Shown: in pieces, positions 1 to 13,500 of the stretch | How positions within the stretch are numbered: position 1 is the first letter of the stretch | Layout of the letters: each line of letters begins with the position of its first letter | Assembly: GCF_036588685.1 (NCBI RefSeq) | Contig: NC_086380.1 | Span: forward strand, 23,870,001-23,934,000 | DNA from: Mytilus trossulus | Lineage: Eukaryota | Direction: 5' to 3' | DNA length: 64,000 nucleotides | The notes under the pieces: model-generated | Databases searched by the model: none | Told to the model about the DNA's origin: nothing | What the model saw: the letters and a program-made list of their open reading frames with translations, nothing else | Translations under genes and position numbers: made by a program

Positions 1-331
1 AATAATGCAGTAATTATGCTGATGTGCATTAAATTAAATAATTCAGTGTAGTCCAAATGATCGTTTCTCCCACTGTCAAGGACATGAAATCTTTATAGGA
101 TTTAAAGGCATCACAAACCAAGGGTTTTAATTGGAACTCTCTGGGTGAGCTAAAAGCTTAAAGTTTTCATGGTAGGTAAATCCAGAGCTAATTCTGAATA
201 ATTAATTGGCTACTTTCCATTGTCTAAGCATTCAGTTGTTAATGTAGCAATATATTGAGGGAATCTGATTGAAATTTGATGACAAATTCTGCTTGTGCTG
301 AATTTAAAGAAACTATGACATTTAACAATAC

Positions 332-1196
332 CTCTTTCTGTGCTAGGAGTGCCTGATCAACTTCTGCCATTTCTCTTCTTTTTTCCAAAAGTCTTGTTGC
401 AGGTGTCAAGTGATCATCTTCCCGCTCAGGCATTTTGCTAATGAAAGAAAAACAGGAAACAAAGATTTTCTCTTTTTTCTCATATATATATGTTAAACGT
501 TACATACAAAGGGAGCATGATTAAAGATGGCCTTTCTCATATGCAATAACCAAGGGAATAAAACTTTGACATCCTAATACTAAATTTCTGGTCTCCATGA
601 AGGAAAAATCCCGGGCTTAAAATCCTGAGGTCCTGAATTAATAAAGTAAATCTCGGCATCCTGAAATCCAAAAAAACAGAATTCCCAGATCCCAAACGGG
701 TCAATCCCAAAATCCTGAACTTAAAAACAGTCGATCCCGGAATCGTGATACACCTTATCGCTATTAGATTTATCGGCCGGCTGACCCAGCTGCTGGAACT
801 TTTCCATTGTGGCGCCAGATATTTTGTTTTATGACGTCAAAATTTTACGGGAACCTGTGTGATATCCAGTAATGGTGGACAAATAGCAATAAGGTGTATA
901 AAGGTCCTATCCCCCCTCTTGTATGCGTAAAAGTTCAAGCTGCGGGTCAGTCAGGATTATTATAGCGATAAGGTGTATAGGGAAACATGACAGAAGAAAA
1001 CCACATTCTGCATATCTAGGTCTATAGTATATGTTTTCTTAAACTACTTCTTCGATTTTTTACATTGCACCAGTGTGAAATTCTTATGCATTATTTTTTA
1101 TATTCTACTTATTTCTAGACTACAAAATAGGAAAACGTACACAACGAGGGTATCCTCGAAGGTCGTCTTGAAGTATTCTTCCAAATCCACAGACAT
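332..1196 (-). CDS. CFAP73: CFAP73/CCDC42 family coiled-coil cilia protein, coding exons 1-2 (gene continues off the left edge)
   Basis: Exon 1 is 1196..1141 (ATG, MSVDLEEYFKTTFEDTLV, donor GT|gtacgt). Exon 2 is 437..332 (tag| ... KMPEREDDHLTPATRLLEKRREMAEVDQALLAQKE |gtattg). The exons join in frame (56+106 nt). EEYF and RLLEKR.E...DQAL.AQKE match the CFAP73/CCDC42 N-terminus as I recall it. Confidence 0.88.
751..896. mobile_element. MITE with CACCTTATCGCTATT TIRs and TA TSD, nested in another repeat
   Basis: ta|CACCTTATCGCTATT ... AATAGCAATAAGGTG|ta. A closely similar copy lies at 30165-30321 and an inverted end fragment at ~922-977. Confidence 0.8.
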
Positions 1197-1270
1197 TTTG
1201 ATGGTATAATGTTATTGTCTAAATAAAAACAGGAATAGTAAAGGGCACTTTTAAATTGTTGTTCAATGAT

Positions 1271-1505
1271 CCGCCATTTGTAAACCAGTCAGTAGTTGCC
1301 ATGACATCGAACATATCAAAAGTTTAAAAAAGTAGAAATTAACATTAAACCCCAATGATTTTCAAATTAAACTAAGATACAATCATTTATTTACACAAAT
1401 TTCACATTAAAAAGAATTCAATGAAATAAATATAAACAAAATACGCTTCCGGTTATGTTGACTTCCGGTAACTTTTCGAGGTCAAAAAACAAATCGAAAA
1501 TGGCC
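1271..1505. promoter_or_regulatory. Bidirectional promoter shared by CFAP73 and NipSnap
   Basis: Start codons at 1196 (-) and 1500 (+). X-box-like GTTGCCATGACATC at 1295-1308. YY1-like CCGCCATTT at 1271-1279 and AAAATGGCC over the NipSnap ATG. Two ETS/GABP-like CTTCCGG at 1446-1452 and 1462-1468. Confidence 0.65.
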
Positions 1506-4500
1506 AGCATTGTTTTGAAGCAAATATTTTCTAGAACAGCAACAGCTTCTTGTTGTCATGTTAGAGCCATCGCACAGAATTCAAGCAGGTACAATTTCTT
1601 TGTCGAAAAACATAGGTTAAATAACTTTGTTTGGTTTAAAGACCAAATTTGCAGACGAATTTTGTAACAGCTGATGATGCAATGGCTTTTCTTATGTGGG
1701 CATTGTCAGTATAGACCAATGACATTGAAGCATATTTACTGTACAATTTGATGTTCATTTAACTTATTTAGCTATAGGCAGATAGCTGATACTTAATGAT
1801 GAGTCCCCTAACGGCATAAGGTTATTTGTTAATCATTATCATTTTTTAAAGGTTTGATGAGTTTACTGAGGATCACAGAGTGATTTTCGCGCTTTAAGTA
1901 TAACGTTTACCATAAAATTCAGGCTGTGACATACCGTTATTAATAGGGACGAAAGACACCAAAGGGACAGTCAAACTCATAATCAAAAATAAACTGACAA
2001 TGCCATGGCTAAAAAAAAAAGACAAACAATAGTACACATGAAACAACATAGAAAACTAAAGAATAAACAACACAACCCCCCCACCAAAAACTAGGGGTAA
2101 TCTCAGGTGCTACTGAAGGGTAAGCAGATCCTGCTCCACATGTTGCACCCATCTATTGCTCTTGTGATAACAAATCCGGTAAATGGTATAATTTGGTAGG
2201 TCACATTCATTAAAGGGAAGGGGATTGTAGTTACGAAGTAAGGAACATATCCGATATCATTTGTGAAACGGTTATCTGTCAACAGAATTTTAAGGACCAA
2301 CAAAAGCATGTATTTTATCTAAAACATTTAAAGAATTTTTAACACTCCAAAAAAAATTAATACCTTTATTTTCATATGCTATATTACAAAAGGGAATAAC
2401 AAGTTCTTTGATAGAAGTAAGGGAGGAGGGATTAACAAGTTATTTGATAGAAGTAAGGGAGGTAGTTAGAAGCACTGATAGATTAGTAGTAGAACACTTA
2501 CTAGCTGCAGAACTTTAAAAGAGGGACGAAAGATACCAAAGGGACAGTCAAACTCATAAAATTAAAACAAACTGGCAACGCCATGGCTAAAAATTTTAAA
2601 AAGACAAACAGACAAACAATAGAATACACAACAAAACAATGGTCGCATCAACTTGACACGAAGTAAACATATCAATGTTTAAGTGAACTGTTTGATACAG
2701 TTTGTGTATATTTAATTACAAAATAAGGGTTTTCATAAATTTTTTAGGTTCACTGAATATCATATATATTTTTTTGTATTCTTGTTTAGTTATTGAGAGG
2801 TTCTTTGGTTAAGCTTTGGCTATCTAATTTTGCCATTTGAATTTGAAATTGTATAAATTTTTGAAATCTCTTATTTCAGATCTTTAAGCACATCCCATAC
2901 ACTGCTTTCTAATAAAGAGGCTGCTAAAGTGGAACCACAACAAGAAGAACAACAAACATCCAAAAATGGAGGATTCTTTAAAAACTTACTCAGAGTACGA
3001 ACATTAAATCCTACTAAAGAATCACATTCTAGTCTTCTTTCGTCCAAAGAAACAGTTTATGAAATACAGTGTAAGTACATGTAATAAGTTTTTTCGATGA
3101 ATATCATCTTAATTTCTTTATTATGATTAGTACTATAAGAACACATGGCTTGAAAATAACTTCTGCCATTAATATTCATGAATGGAAAGAGATTGGATAT
3201 ACCTCAATGAAACAGAAACATAACAAATACAAAAAACAAAAAGTCATCAAGAGTATTTTTGTAATGCTTAATAAATGCTATAATTAATTTAATGCACCGC
3301 CATGGCTTCAATATCAGGTTTATTTACTTGAAACAGGAGGGCCTTTCAATATAAAAAAAAAGTGAAAATACAGTACTCATTAGAAAATAATTTGGTTTTT
3401 AAATCTTTTGCACAAATTTTCTTTCGAATTTTCATATTTGTCATGTATGTGCTTTTGCATTTTCAGAAGTATGAAGCTAACAGGGAAAGTCAATTTGTTA
3501 GAAGCCTAAATGCAAATCTTAACACATTGTGTTTTGGGGTCTTCTCAAAATGTTTGTTTGACCCCTTTTGTTTATAACCATGTAGTATTTTGAGATTTCT
3601 TTTCTATGTAGTTCATGCTGTGAAACCTGAGTTTATGGAAGATTACTTAAATCAGTTGTAAGTAATATAGATTGTAATTAATGGATAGAATTTGTTTTTC
3701 AGGATCATTGTTTTAGCAGATATGAATAAGTGGTATCTCTGACATTGGATATGCCATTATTTTATCTTTTCAAATTACATTTCATTTCAAAGATAATTTA
3801 ATGGATTTCATCACAATTTTTTTTAATAATTATATAAAATTATACAAATGATAGATTTAGGTAGATGAAGTCAGTCTGTGACCTTCTGTAAGGCATAATT
3901 CTTTAATTTAACAAATTTGGCGTTGTTTTCGAGTGGCAGTCTGAGTTACATTTATAATATTTGTTTTTTACTTGTTCTTGGTTTATTTTAGTCACGGATT
4001 AAACTCAATACTTGTTGGTCCCTACATGAACTTTGTAAATTTGGAAACATTCAACATTTATTTTTGAGAAATGAAAAATATACTCAATTTCTGATCAACG
4101 AGGATTTAGTGCAAGAAGATATCAGTAATTTGAAAGAGCATGCTTCTGTAATCTACTATAAATGTACTTATTTCTTGTGTACTTATCTACACAAATGTCA
4201 AATTTATGTGTTTTTGAATTCATGGTACATTTTGTGTATTTCTGAAATTTCATATCTGCAGTATATACATTTTTTAACTTCAAAAAAATGAATTGGTTCT
4301 GTTGACCGAGACACATATACGAACCTCTCCTGTCTTTCTAGTACAAAGCAGAGTTGATATTCATATTGTTTTCATTTTGAATATGTATTAAATTGGCCAT
4401 TGGACATTTAATGGTCATAATTCATCATCATCTTAGGTTTAAGCTCACTTGGCCCAAATGATCTGTGTGATCAATTGATATCCTTGCCATCATCACCAGC

Positions 4501-7500
4501 TAATTTCAGCCCTTCATGGCATAAACTTTTCTATACATGTTGTTGATTATATTTTTAGGCAGTTAAGCTGCCTTAAGCAAGCACCCTGGATTTCTGTGCT
4601 ACCCAGTAAATGCTGAAATATGTGCCATTGTTATCATCTAGCTGACTACTTTATTATTTATAACTTATTGGGCAGTTTTTTCATACTTTTCATTCTGGAT
4701 TACAAAGAATATGACCAGAAAAACCTTAAATGATCGTCGATTTTCCCAACAGTTTTGAAGTTGCACATAGGAAGTAGAGCACATTAGGAATCCTTGTGTA
4801 GTTTATTATCCCCTGAGCTTTTGGTTAAGATGTCAAAGAACAAATGTATGAAATATTTTATATAAAAGACAAGTAGTTAAGATTTTCCAAATTGCAAAAC
4901 TCGTAGGAATATTATTTGTCAGTATATACGTCAGTGGTCTATTAATATAAGTTCAACTGATCACGCTGTTGGCGGCAATTTTGAATAAGAAGACGAAATT
5001 TTCGTATCTTTTAAATTTGGACGCAGGGTTTCAAATAAGCGGTGGTCCGAGGTCTGTGACCTTCCACTTTTGCAGACGGACTTACTTAATTACAAGCTAC
5101 GCCCGACGGACCTTGAAAGAAAGTAAAAAAATAACTTTACAAACATTTTTACCAAAGTTTCCTAAAAAATGATCTCAAACTTATTTTCATCATTTCTATT
5201 CATGACAGCGATGTTCAATTTGTTCAACCGCTAGCTTTATACAGAAAATCGCCGATAAATAATGTGTACATCTGAGTGAAATCGTATCTCACTTTCTGTC
5301 AAAAACAACACTGTAAACAAAATGGCTGCCGCGAGATTACAGTAATGGATCCGATTCCGGAAGCGGATAAGGGTAATCCCGGGTTTTGGGGCTATCAACA
5401 AAAAAAATCCAGACAGGTTACAAAATACATCTATGCATGGTAAATAAATATAAACACTAGAATTGAAAACCAATATTGTGTAAAAGAAAGAAAAAGCAGA
5501 AAATATTTTGTACACCAATTTTAATGTCAAAATCCAATACAAGTGACAGTTGGGAACAGTTTATCTAACAATATATATGTTCCTGGTAACAGTATAATTT
5601 TTTTTATCAGTGATAAATTTTGGTAATGCATGTTAAATGCTTTTCAAGTTAAACATATTAATGCAATTTCAAAGGTTATTTTTTTCTTCTCAATTTTGAT
5701 AGGTCAGTTAAAATAGCTGGAAGTTTCTTATATAAAAAAAGATGTGGTATGATTGCCAATGAGACAACTATCCACAAGAAACCAAAATGACCAAAACTTG
5801 GTAACGGTCAAGATCCCCACCCATATTCATAAGTCAATTACACTTCACTACAGAGTTCGACTCGTAACGGGAAGAAGAAGATGGGACAATATAACAAATC
5901 ATATGAAATATAGGTGGAGTTCGTGGGCCCAGTCTACCTCTTTCTGTTTGAGAATTTATAACGGTCGAGATCCACAATCTTAAACAATATATATTAATGT
6001 ATAGGACAATGTTACAAATCAAATAAATTATAAGGGGGTCCCAAAGGTCACTCTACACCTTCACGTTTGAGAACTTGGAAAAATTCGAGATCATCACCCC
6101 TTAACCATATATACTCATGTATAAGACTATATAACAAATCAAATGAAATATAAGGGAAGTCCCTGTGGTCAACCTACCCCTCATGTTTAAGAACTTTGAA
6201 ACAGTTGGGATCCCCAACTCTAAATTAAATGAAATATAGGGGAGTCCCTGCAGTCACGATTGAGAAATTGGAAACAGTCGAGATCCCCACCTTTAAATTA
6301 AACCATATATATTCATGGTATGACAACTAATCAAATGAAATATAGGGAGAGTCCTTAGAGTTACCCTACCCACTCTTGTTTGATAACTTAGAAACAGATG
6401 AGATCCCCAACCCTCAACCATATATATTCACGTATTGGACAATATAACAAATCAAATGAAATATAGGGGAAGTCACTGGGGTCCCCACCCCTCCTGTTTG
6501 AAAACTCGATAACAGTTGAGATCCCCACCCATAAACCATATATATTCATGTATGGGACAATATAAAAAATCATTGAAAAATAGGGATAGTCCCTAGGGTA
6601 ACCCCACACCCTCTTGTGTGTGTTTTGAGAACTTGTAAAAGATTTAGATACCAACGCCTAAACCATATTCATTCCTGTTTTTCATTTCAAAAAGATTGAA
6701 TGACATACAAGGTCAATCTCATAGCGTCATAGGCGACACATATGCATATCACTTTGCTAGCCCCTAACACCTGTCATTTTATTCCAAACTTAGACATCAT
6801 GGACTTGGGGTGAAGGTGGGAGTCATTTACATTTACTATGGACAGGTCAGTCAGACCCCACCATTGATCCCTTTAGTAGTAAACATTTGTCTGATTTGTG
6901 TCTCATAACTTTTGTGCTGTAAAACACACTTGGTTTTCTTTCCAGGGAAGCAAGTTCATTCATACTTTTACAAGCTCGTACTAAAGTCAACTTGAACTAC
7001 TAACAGTCAACTAATACAAACAATTACGCCCAACTAGAAGAACTGCAATCATTGCAAATTTGTACCACTGCTGACTCATGAAAGACTCATGACCTTCGTG
7101 GTCATGTGCGTTGCTATTGAAAACCTTGATAAATATGAATTATTTGCCTTAAATGAACATAAATGCACAGTCATATATGAATGTTTAATGTTTGTTCTTT
7201 TAAATCTTTTAAAAAAAGTTAAAGCAACATTGCCACAGTTTTCATAATTATGTTTGCCTTGGTTTTTGGTTAACTGCCTACAGTGCTTACAGCACTTTGA
7301 TTATATACAAAAGCAAAATGAAAAGGTCGGGTCAACAAATTAGGGATAGTACATTTGTAATTGCGAAATATCCTACACAATTATTCCAACATAGTTCAAC
7401 TTCACAAATGCCTTGAAATTAAATCTGTCAGGGCTAATGGACTACATTGGAATGTAAATAATTGATAAATCCTGTACAAGTTTTCTGAAGGGATTTAGTT

Positions 7501-10500
7501 TTGATATACAAGTATCAACTTAAAACCTGATTATACACTGTTAATTATATAAATGAAGATATTTGGGTTTTTTTGCACTTTTGTGTGTGTATTATCAAGG
7601 GTGTTTTATTTCAGCTCAAGGTTTCAAGGTCTGATGCATGAAAAGAAAACAGGTGCAAATTTAGTGGCCAGTTTTACAGTGGAAATAGGAGATCAAGATG
7701 AAGCTGGTATGTTAATAGGTTGATGTTATAAAAAACAAGAAGATGTGGTATGATTGCCAATGAGACAACTATCCTCAAAAGACCAAAATGACACAAACAT
7801 TAACAACTATAGGTCACCGTACGGCCTTCAACAATGAGCAAAGCCCATACAGCATAGTCAGCTATAAAAGGCCCCAATAAGACAATGTAAAACAATTCAA
7901 ACAAGAAAACTAATGGCCTTATTTATGTAAAAAAATGAATGAAAAACAAATATGTAACACATAAACAAACGACAACCACTGAATTACAGGCTCCTGACTT
8001 GGGACAGGCACATACATAAATAATGTGGCGGGGTTAAACATGGTCCTTTTCTTTTCTTATGAATAGTTTTACATGTCCTATCAGGGCCTTGTATAGCTTA
8101 CTTTGCCATAAGGGTTTTGCTCATTATTGAAGTCTTTGGGAAGAACAATTAGAAATACTCTCATCTAATCAGTTAATCCCTGTTGTATAGTTTTCTCAAT
8201 GGCAATCATACCGCATCTTCATATTTTTATATGCAAATCATTGATAGTAATTAGGATTGACAAGAATGGATGTCTCCACCTCAGTGAAAATAAGGCAATA
8301 GATAAGTTACAATTAGTAATATGCTTTGAAACATTGTTTATCAATTTAATCAGTTTGCAAGAAGATATATGCTAAAAGGCCAAATATTTTTCTATTGTTT
8401 AAAATTCTCAAATCTTCAAAAGAAATTGATTGACATATATTGAAATATATTTGCAGTGTCCATTTTTATATGAACAGTAGATGAGAATACAGCAAATATG
8501 ATATGTTATTTCAAAATCAGCAATTTTAACAGATATTTTTCAGTTATTTTTTGTTGACTTCTAAACTTTGCATTATTTCCCCTTAGACATTGAAAATTGC
8601 ATAAATCTTCAATAATCATTAACGACTAGCTTATATTTCAGTACACATATGGGAATATAAAGGTGGTTATCCAGTTTTAAACAATGCTACAGAAATTTAC
8701 AGAACAGATCAGGTTAGTGTACTGTGTTTTATAATTCTTCTAGGAAGTTATAAAGAAATAATTAAAAGAATATGTTTTGAGATTAGAAATGTAATTTTAT
8801 ATTAAAATTTTGTTGAGTAAAAAAAATAATTATTTATGCATATATTGAAATCTACTACACAGTTTTCATGGTTTTAGATAATTATAGATTATTGTTGATT
8901 ATCTCAACGAGATTGATTTTCTCGCTTGAGCTGGATGACATCTGTTTATCGCTATTTTACCTATGACGATGTTGTCAATTTCAATGTCAATTTCGTTAGC
9001 AACGCCACATGGCCTCCTTAGTTTCTAGTGATAATTTTTCCATCTCAAGCGAGAAGCATGATATGAAAATTATCACCAAAAAAGATCAAAGGAAAAATGC
9101 ACAAAATAGCGATAATATGAATTAATGTGATTCCAAGAAGCTATCAAGGTTTTAGAGTTGACATCTGTATCATGTATACTTTTGCTTTTTCAAGATGCGA
9201 CTCTTTGTTGCTTATTTATTTCTCTCTCAATTTAAGTAAGGAAAACTATAAGAGTATTGAAAAAGAAACTGATAACTGTCAGATCAGATACTGAGATAGC
9301 TATCTATATAGGCTGTATGCTTAAAAGAGTAGATGTGATTCATTTATAGCTATAGAGTTTATCAATGTTTATTGTGATTTTGCTTGATGTATTTATTTAA
9401 CAACATGAGATATGAAATCTGTACTGAAAAGGCTACAAATGAAAATTTCACACTCTTTAAGAAGAGGCCTTAGTTTTATCTTGCTCAGCCAAATCAAGTC
9501 AAATACAACATTTCTATTATTCAGAAATCCTACCAGTGCGGAATATAGATTCCTACACTGCAACAAGTGTATTACGATATTTCTCCACTCGAGACAGTTA
9601 AATTTAATTATCTAAAGCACGAGGCTTGCCAAGCTCTTTAAATAACTTAAATTTAACTGTCGAGATTCAAAGATTTTCAGAAACTTGTGTTCTTTATATT
9701 TGACGTCATCAGGCATGGTCACCTTTTTTCATGACGTCACAATAGGAAAATTCAGAAAGAACAAAACATTTAGACTTCATAATCAAATTTCAACTAATCA
9801 TTTGCCGAGAACATATCTTTCACTAGTGAAGAGAAATATTTTTCTCACACCGTTCAGGAAATATGAAAGTAGCACAAAAATTAGAGAATGCATGTTCTTC
9901 TATCCCTTAATCATAGACTCCTTTTGTGACCTACATTTTTTACAATTTGATATATTACAATTTTTTACAAACATTTTATCTTTCTTTTTTACAGGACTTT
10001 ATAGAATACAGATTAGCCAGAAATAAAATGTTAAGATCCAGAAAGAATCAGATCTTGTTAGCATTTAGTTTTTGGCCAAAACTTGAACCAAGAAAGGGTA
10101 AAAACATTTATGAGATGAGAAGTTATACACTAAAGGTATGAATCATTGGTAAAGGATTTTCTGATCTGTCTGTCACTTATCAGCTAAAAAATTTGGTTTA
10201 CCAAAATTTGATAACACAAGTTTCCATACAACAAAGGGACAGGTAGGATTGGATTTGGATGGTTATGGCTCAAAATCATTTAGGAATTCGAGGCAAAAAA
10301 GGAGAAAAAAAGGGTTTCCTTGCTAATAGACAATATTAAAGCAGTGTAAGGGAGGTTATCCTGAAATAAAATTGTACAATGTTGGATTACCTTCCTTACG
10401 CTGACTTTATATATCTATTTTAGACTTTTATGATGTATTTAAATGGGTAATTAGGGTTGCAAACTCCATCAGAAATTTGAATTTCAGATGTCAGAAATCA

Positions 10501-13500
10501 AACAACATTTTTGCATATAAGAGGTTGGTTGGTTTTGTTTTTTTTTGTTTTTTTTTTGGGGGGGGGGGGGGGGGGGTCCAATATGCAACATTTCAGCAGA
10601 AAATGTCTATCGGTCATGAAACAAGAAACATTACAGCAGACCCAGTGCATTTTCTTATATCCTATAACTACATTTTGTCTTAAAAATTATATTTTTTTTT
10701 CAGGCTGGCACAATGATAGAATGGGCAAATTGTTGGTAAGTTATTCAAACATTATTACCTTTAATATATATAGAAAAACAAGTCTCTTGAAAAAAAACCT
10801 TAAAAGTGGATTAAAAGGAGATGATAGTAAACATCAATGAGGCAGCAACATAAAACATATAACAAAACTGTCAAAAGACTTGCAATCTTCAATACAAGAC
10901 CTGAGTTTAAACAACATGACAAACTTTTAATAAAGCCGATAAAAATTAACAGACACAATCGGAGATCTGTTGTAAACACTCAGGAAAATACATGAAGAGA
11001 AAAATAAAGACATGGCTCCTGACTTGGGAGAGATATATCAACCTGAAGCTGATGGTCAATTAAATGACATTTATGCAAGTAGGTGCAGGTACACATTTTG
11101 TTATTGCCTATTTCAAAGAACATGTATGGTAAAGTAATATACAAAAGATTTGATTGCTATTACAATGGCAATGTTCAAACTGAATATTTAATGAGTTAAA
11201 AGTAAGATTAAGTAAAAACTATGTACATTACAGGGGAACTTGGTGAGCATTATCTGTTCAGATTTTGTTACTTTTTTGTTCCGTTAGAAAAAAATCATAG
11301 TTGTCTTTTATTATTTCAAAAAGTAAATTTTTTAACTGGAAAACAAAAAATCTTTAATATTTTAAGACTATTGTTCTTACTTTTAAGTTTTAGCGCATCA
11401 ATGTTTTTACAAATGCACACTTTTACATCCATATAGATTTCCCATCAATTACAGGGCAATATAGATTTCAGATAATTTAAAAACTGTAGACAATATACAA
11501 CAATTGTGCAGTTATTTGATATATCATGGAACATTGTATTTATTATTTTACAATATTACAAGGGATTATACATATTTCAAGACAAGCAAGTGCTATTTGT
11601 TAAGCAGATAAGTGTCATTAGCACTCATACCACATCTTCTTATATCTGCATAATTTTATTTCAATGAAATTGTATGCTGAACTGATAACATACCGGACCA
11701 TGTTTTATTTTATGAACCACATGTTTACAACTTGATTTTCAGATAACTTCAAAAGTGAAAGGAGAATTTCTTGTATTTGATTTTTTTCTCCAGGCAAACA
11801 AAGAAGTATATAACCAAATTAGCAAGTAAAAACGAAGAATTTTATCAAAGAATTATTTGAATATTATTGCAGGTGATACTGTATTAATAGACAATTACTC
11901 TTTAAGCAGACATATTTTTTTCTCTCTACAGGTGAACCAAGGCTTTCATTGAACATAAACTGAGCATTTTCAGAAATACAGTGATACAGCATACTTTTTT
12001 TTTATTTTTTAGATACCAGGTTATTTTTCAATAGGGTTTGGATTGGGTTTACAAAAAAGAAAATCATCAACCAACAAACCAATCTCCAGTTTTTTGTTTT
12101 TTTATAAGGTAGAGAGGCCAGGCCTTATTATTGACAGGGAATATATTGTCATTTAGGCATGTTATTGGACAAAGCTCCTTGAGACAAACATTTTGAGCTA
12201 TTAATTTTCTTAATCGGATATACAGTTCAAAAGTTATGGTTGTTCAAAATTTCCAATTCATCCCCCCTTTTTTTATCCAAGATGGCCACCATTAATTAGA
12301 CATTGAAGTCCCTTTTGGAAGGTTAATATTGATCCACATTGACATATATCAACCACATATTGCTTGTTTTCTGATAGTGTATACCACATTCTATTATAGT
12401 ACACTTTAGCGGCCGTATTTTGACGTTGCCGTCCTCTCTATATAAGGATAAGTCACTCCAAAGTCAGTCAACATAAATTTGGTCATTACTAATTTGTACC
12501 TCTTACTGTGACTGTTATGTATATAATGAAATAAGCATTTTGTGAAGTAGGAAATGTACGGGAAAGTGCTCAAATTCCAAAGTTGACTTTACTTTAGCAA
12601 AATGGCCCCCAAAAATAGATTAGAGAATAATGGGGAGTTAAACTTAAAATATAAAGATTAGAGAAAAATAATCTACAAAATTAAAGAATACAGAATGAGA
12701 TATGCTATCCAGACACTCATGCAGTCTCTTTTCATGGTACTTTCATTTTTATTTTTTTTCATTCATCGTGTGTAAAAAAAAGTCCAGTGAAAAGCTGTGC
12801 ATAGCAGGGGAACCAAGGCAACACAATCAATTGTTTTGCCTTGTTATTACACCAGTTCACCATAATGGTGTTTTGAGATGATGTTACATAGGTATTAAAA
12901 CAGATCTTTGCCTTGTCTGAACAAAGTTGTTGCAATGCAGGTTTTATATTTTTTTCTTCTAATTTTTAATCCCAATTTAAAGGGCTAGAGGTATACAGTC
13001 CCGAGGACAGGGAGAGGAACCTGTACTGGGTGTATTTTCACAGATAGGTGACCTATATATGGTCCACCATGTTTGGGGTAAGTTGTGAGTGGACCTAACT
13101 CAGTCCACATCTGCAAGCTTCACCCTCATAATATAAAAAAATATTTCAGCCAATTTCAGAACCTCAAATGTAATAACAATATGTATTGAAATTGTATTGC
13201 TGCTATCAAATTCAGTATCGAAATTGTCTTTTTCAAATTTATTTTAGAAAACATATCTTTATTTATATTTTTAAAATTCAAAATTGAAAGCAATGATATT
13301 GTTATTGCATTGTCAAGGTACTTTTCAAGTTTGTTCTTTCACCTGAAAAAAAACCCAAAACACTCTCTGCTGCTAGCCCACCAGGCTAAGCTTGTAAAAG
13401 TTTTATTAGGCCTTAAATGACTTCTTCTACAGGCCAATTGAATTCATACAAATTTAACTGCTGCTTCAAAGTAGGTGCACCATTTCAATATTTGAAACTT

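Noticed and set aside
239-331. C-terminal half of ORF 239..433
   Set aside because: Read-through into the intron beyond the donor at 331; not part of CFAP73.
4558-7278. Large element bounded by GGCAGTTAA/TTAACTGCC with TA flanks
   Set aside because: Only a 9-10 bp inverted match over 2.7 kb with no second copy in the window; insufficient support.
10545-10577. Poly-T/poly-G tract as a functional G-quadruplex (also 21860-21900)
   Set aside because: Simple homopolymer expansions, common in such genomes, with no further support.
11780-12015. Strong pyrimidine-AG sites (11793, 11931, 12012) in NipSnap intron 7 as extra exons
   Set aside because: The downstream frames hit stops or lack NipSnap similarity and have no convincing donors. 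A poison or terminal exon cannot be excluded without RNA data.
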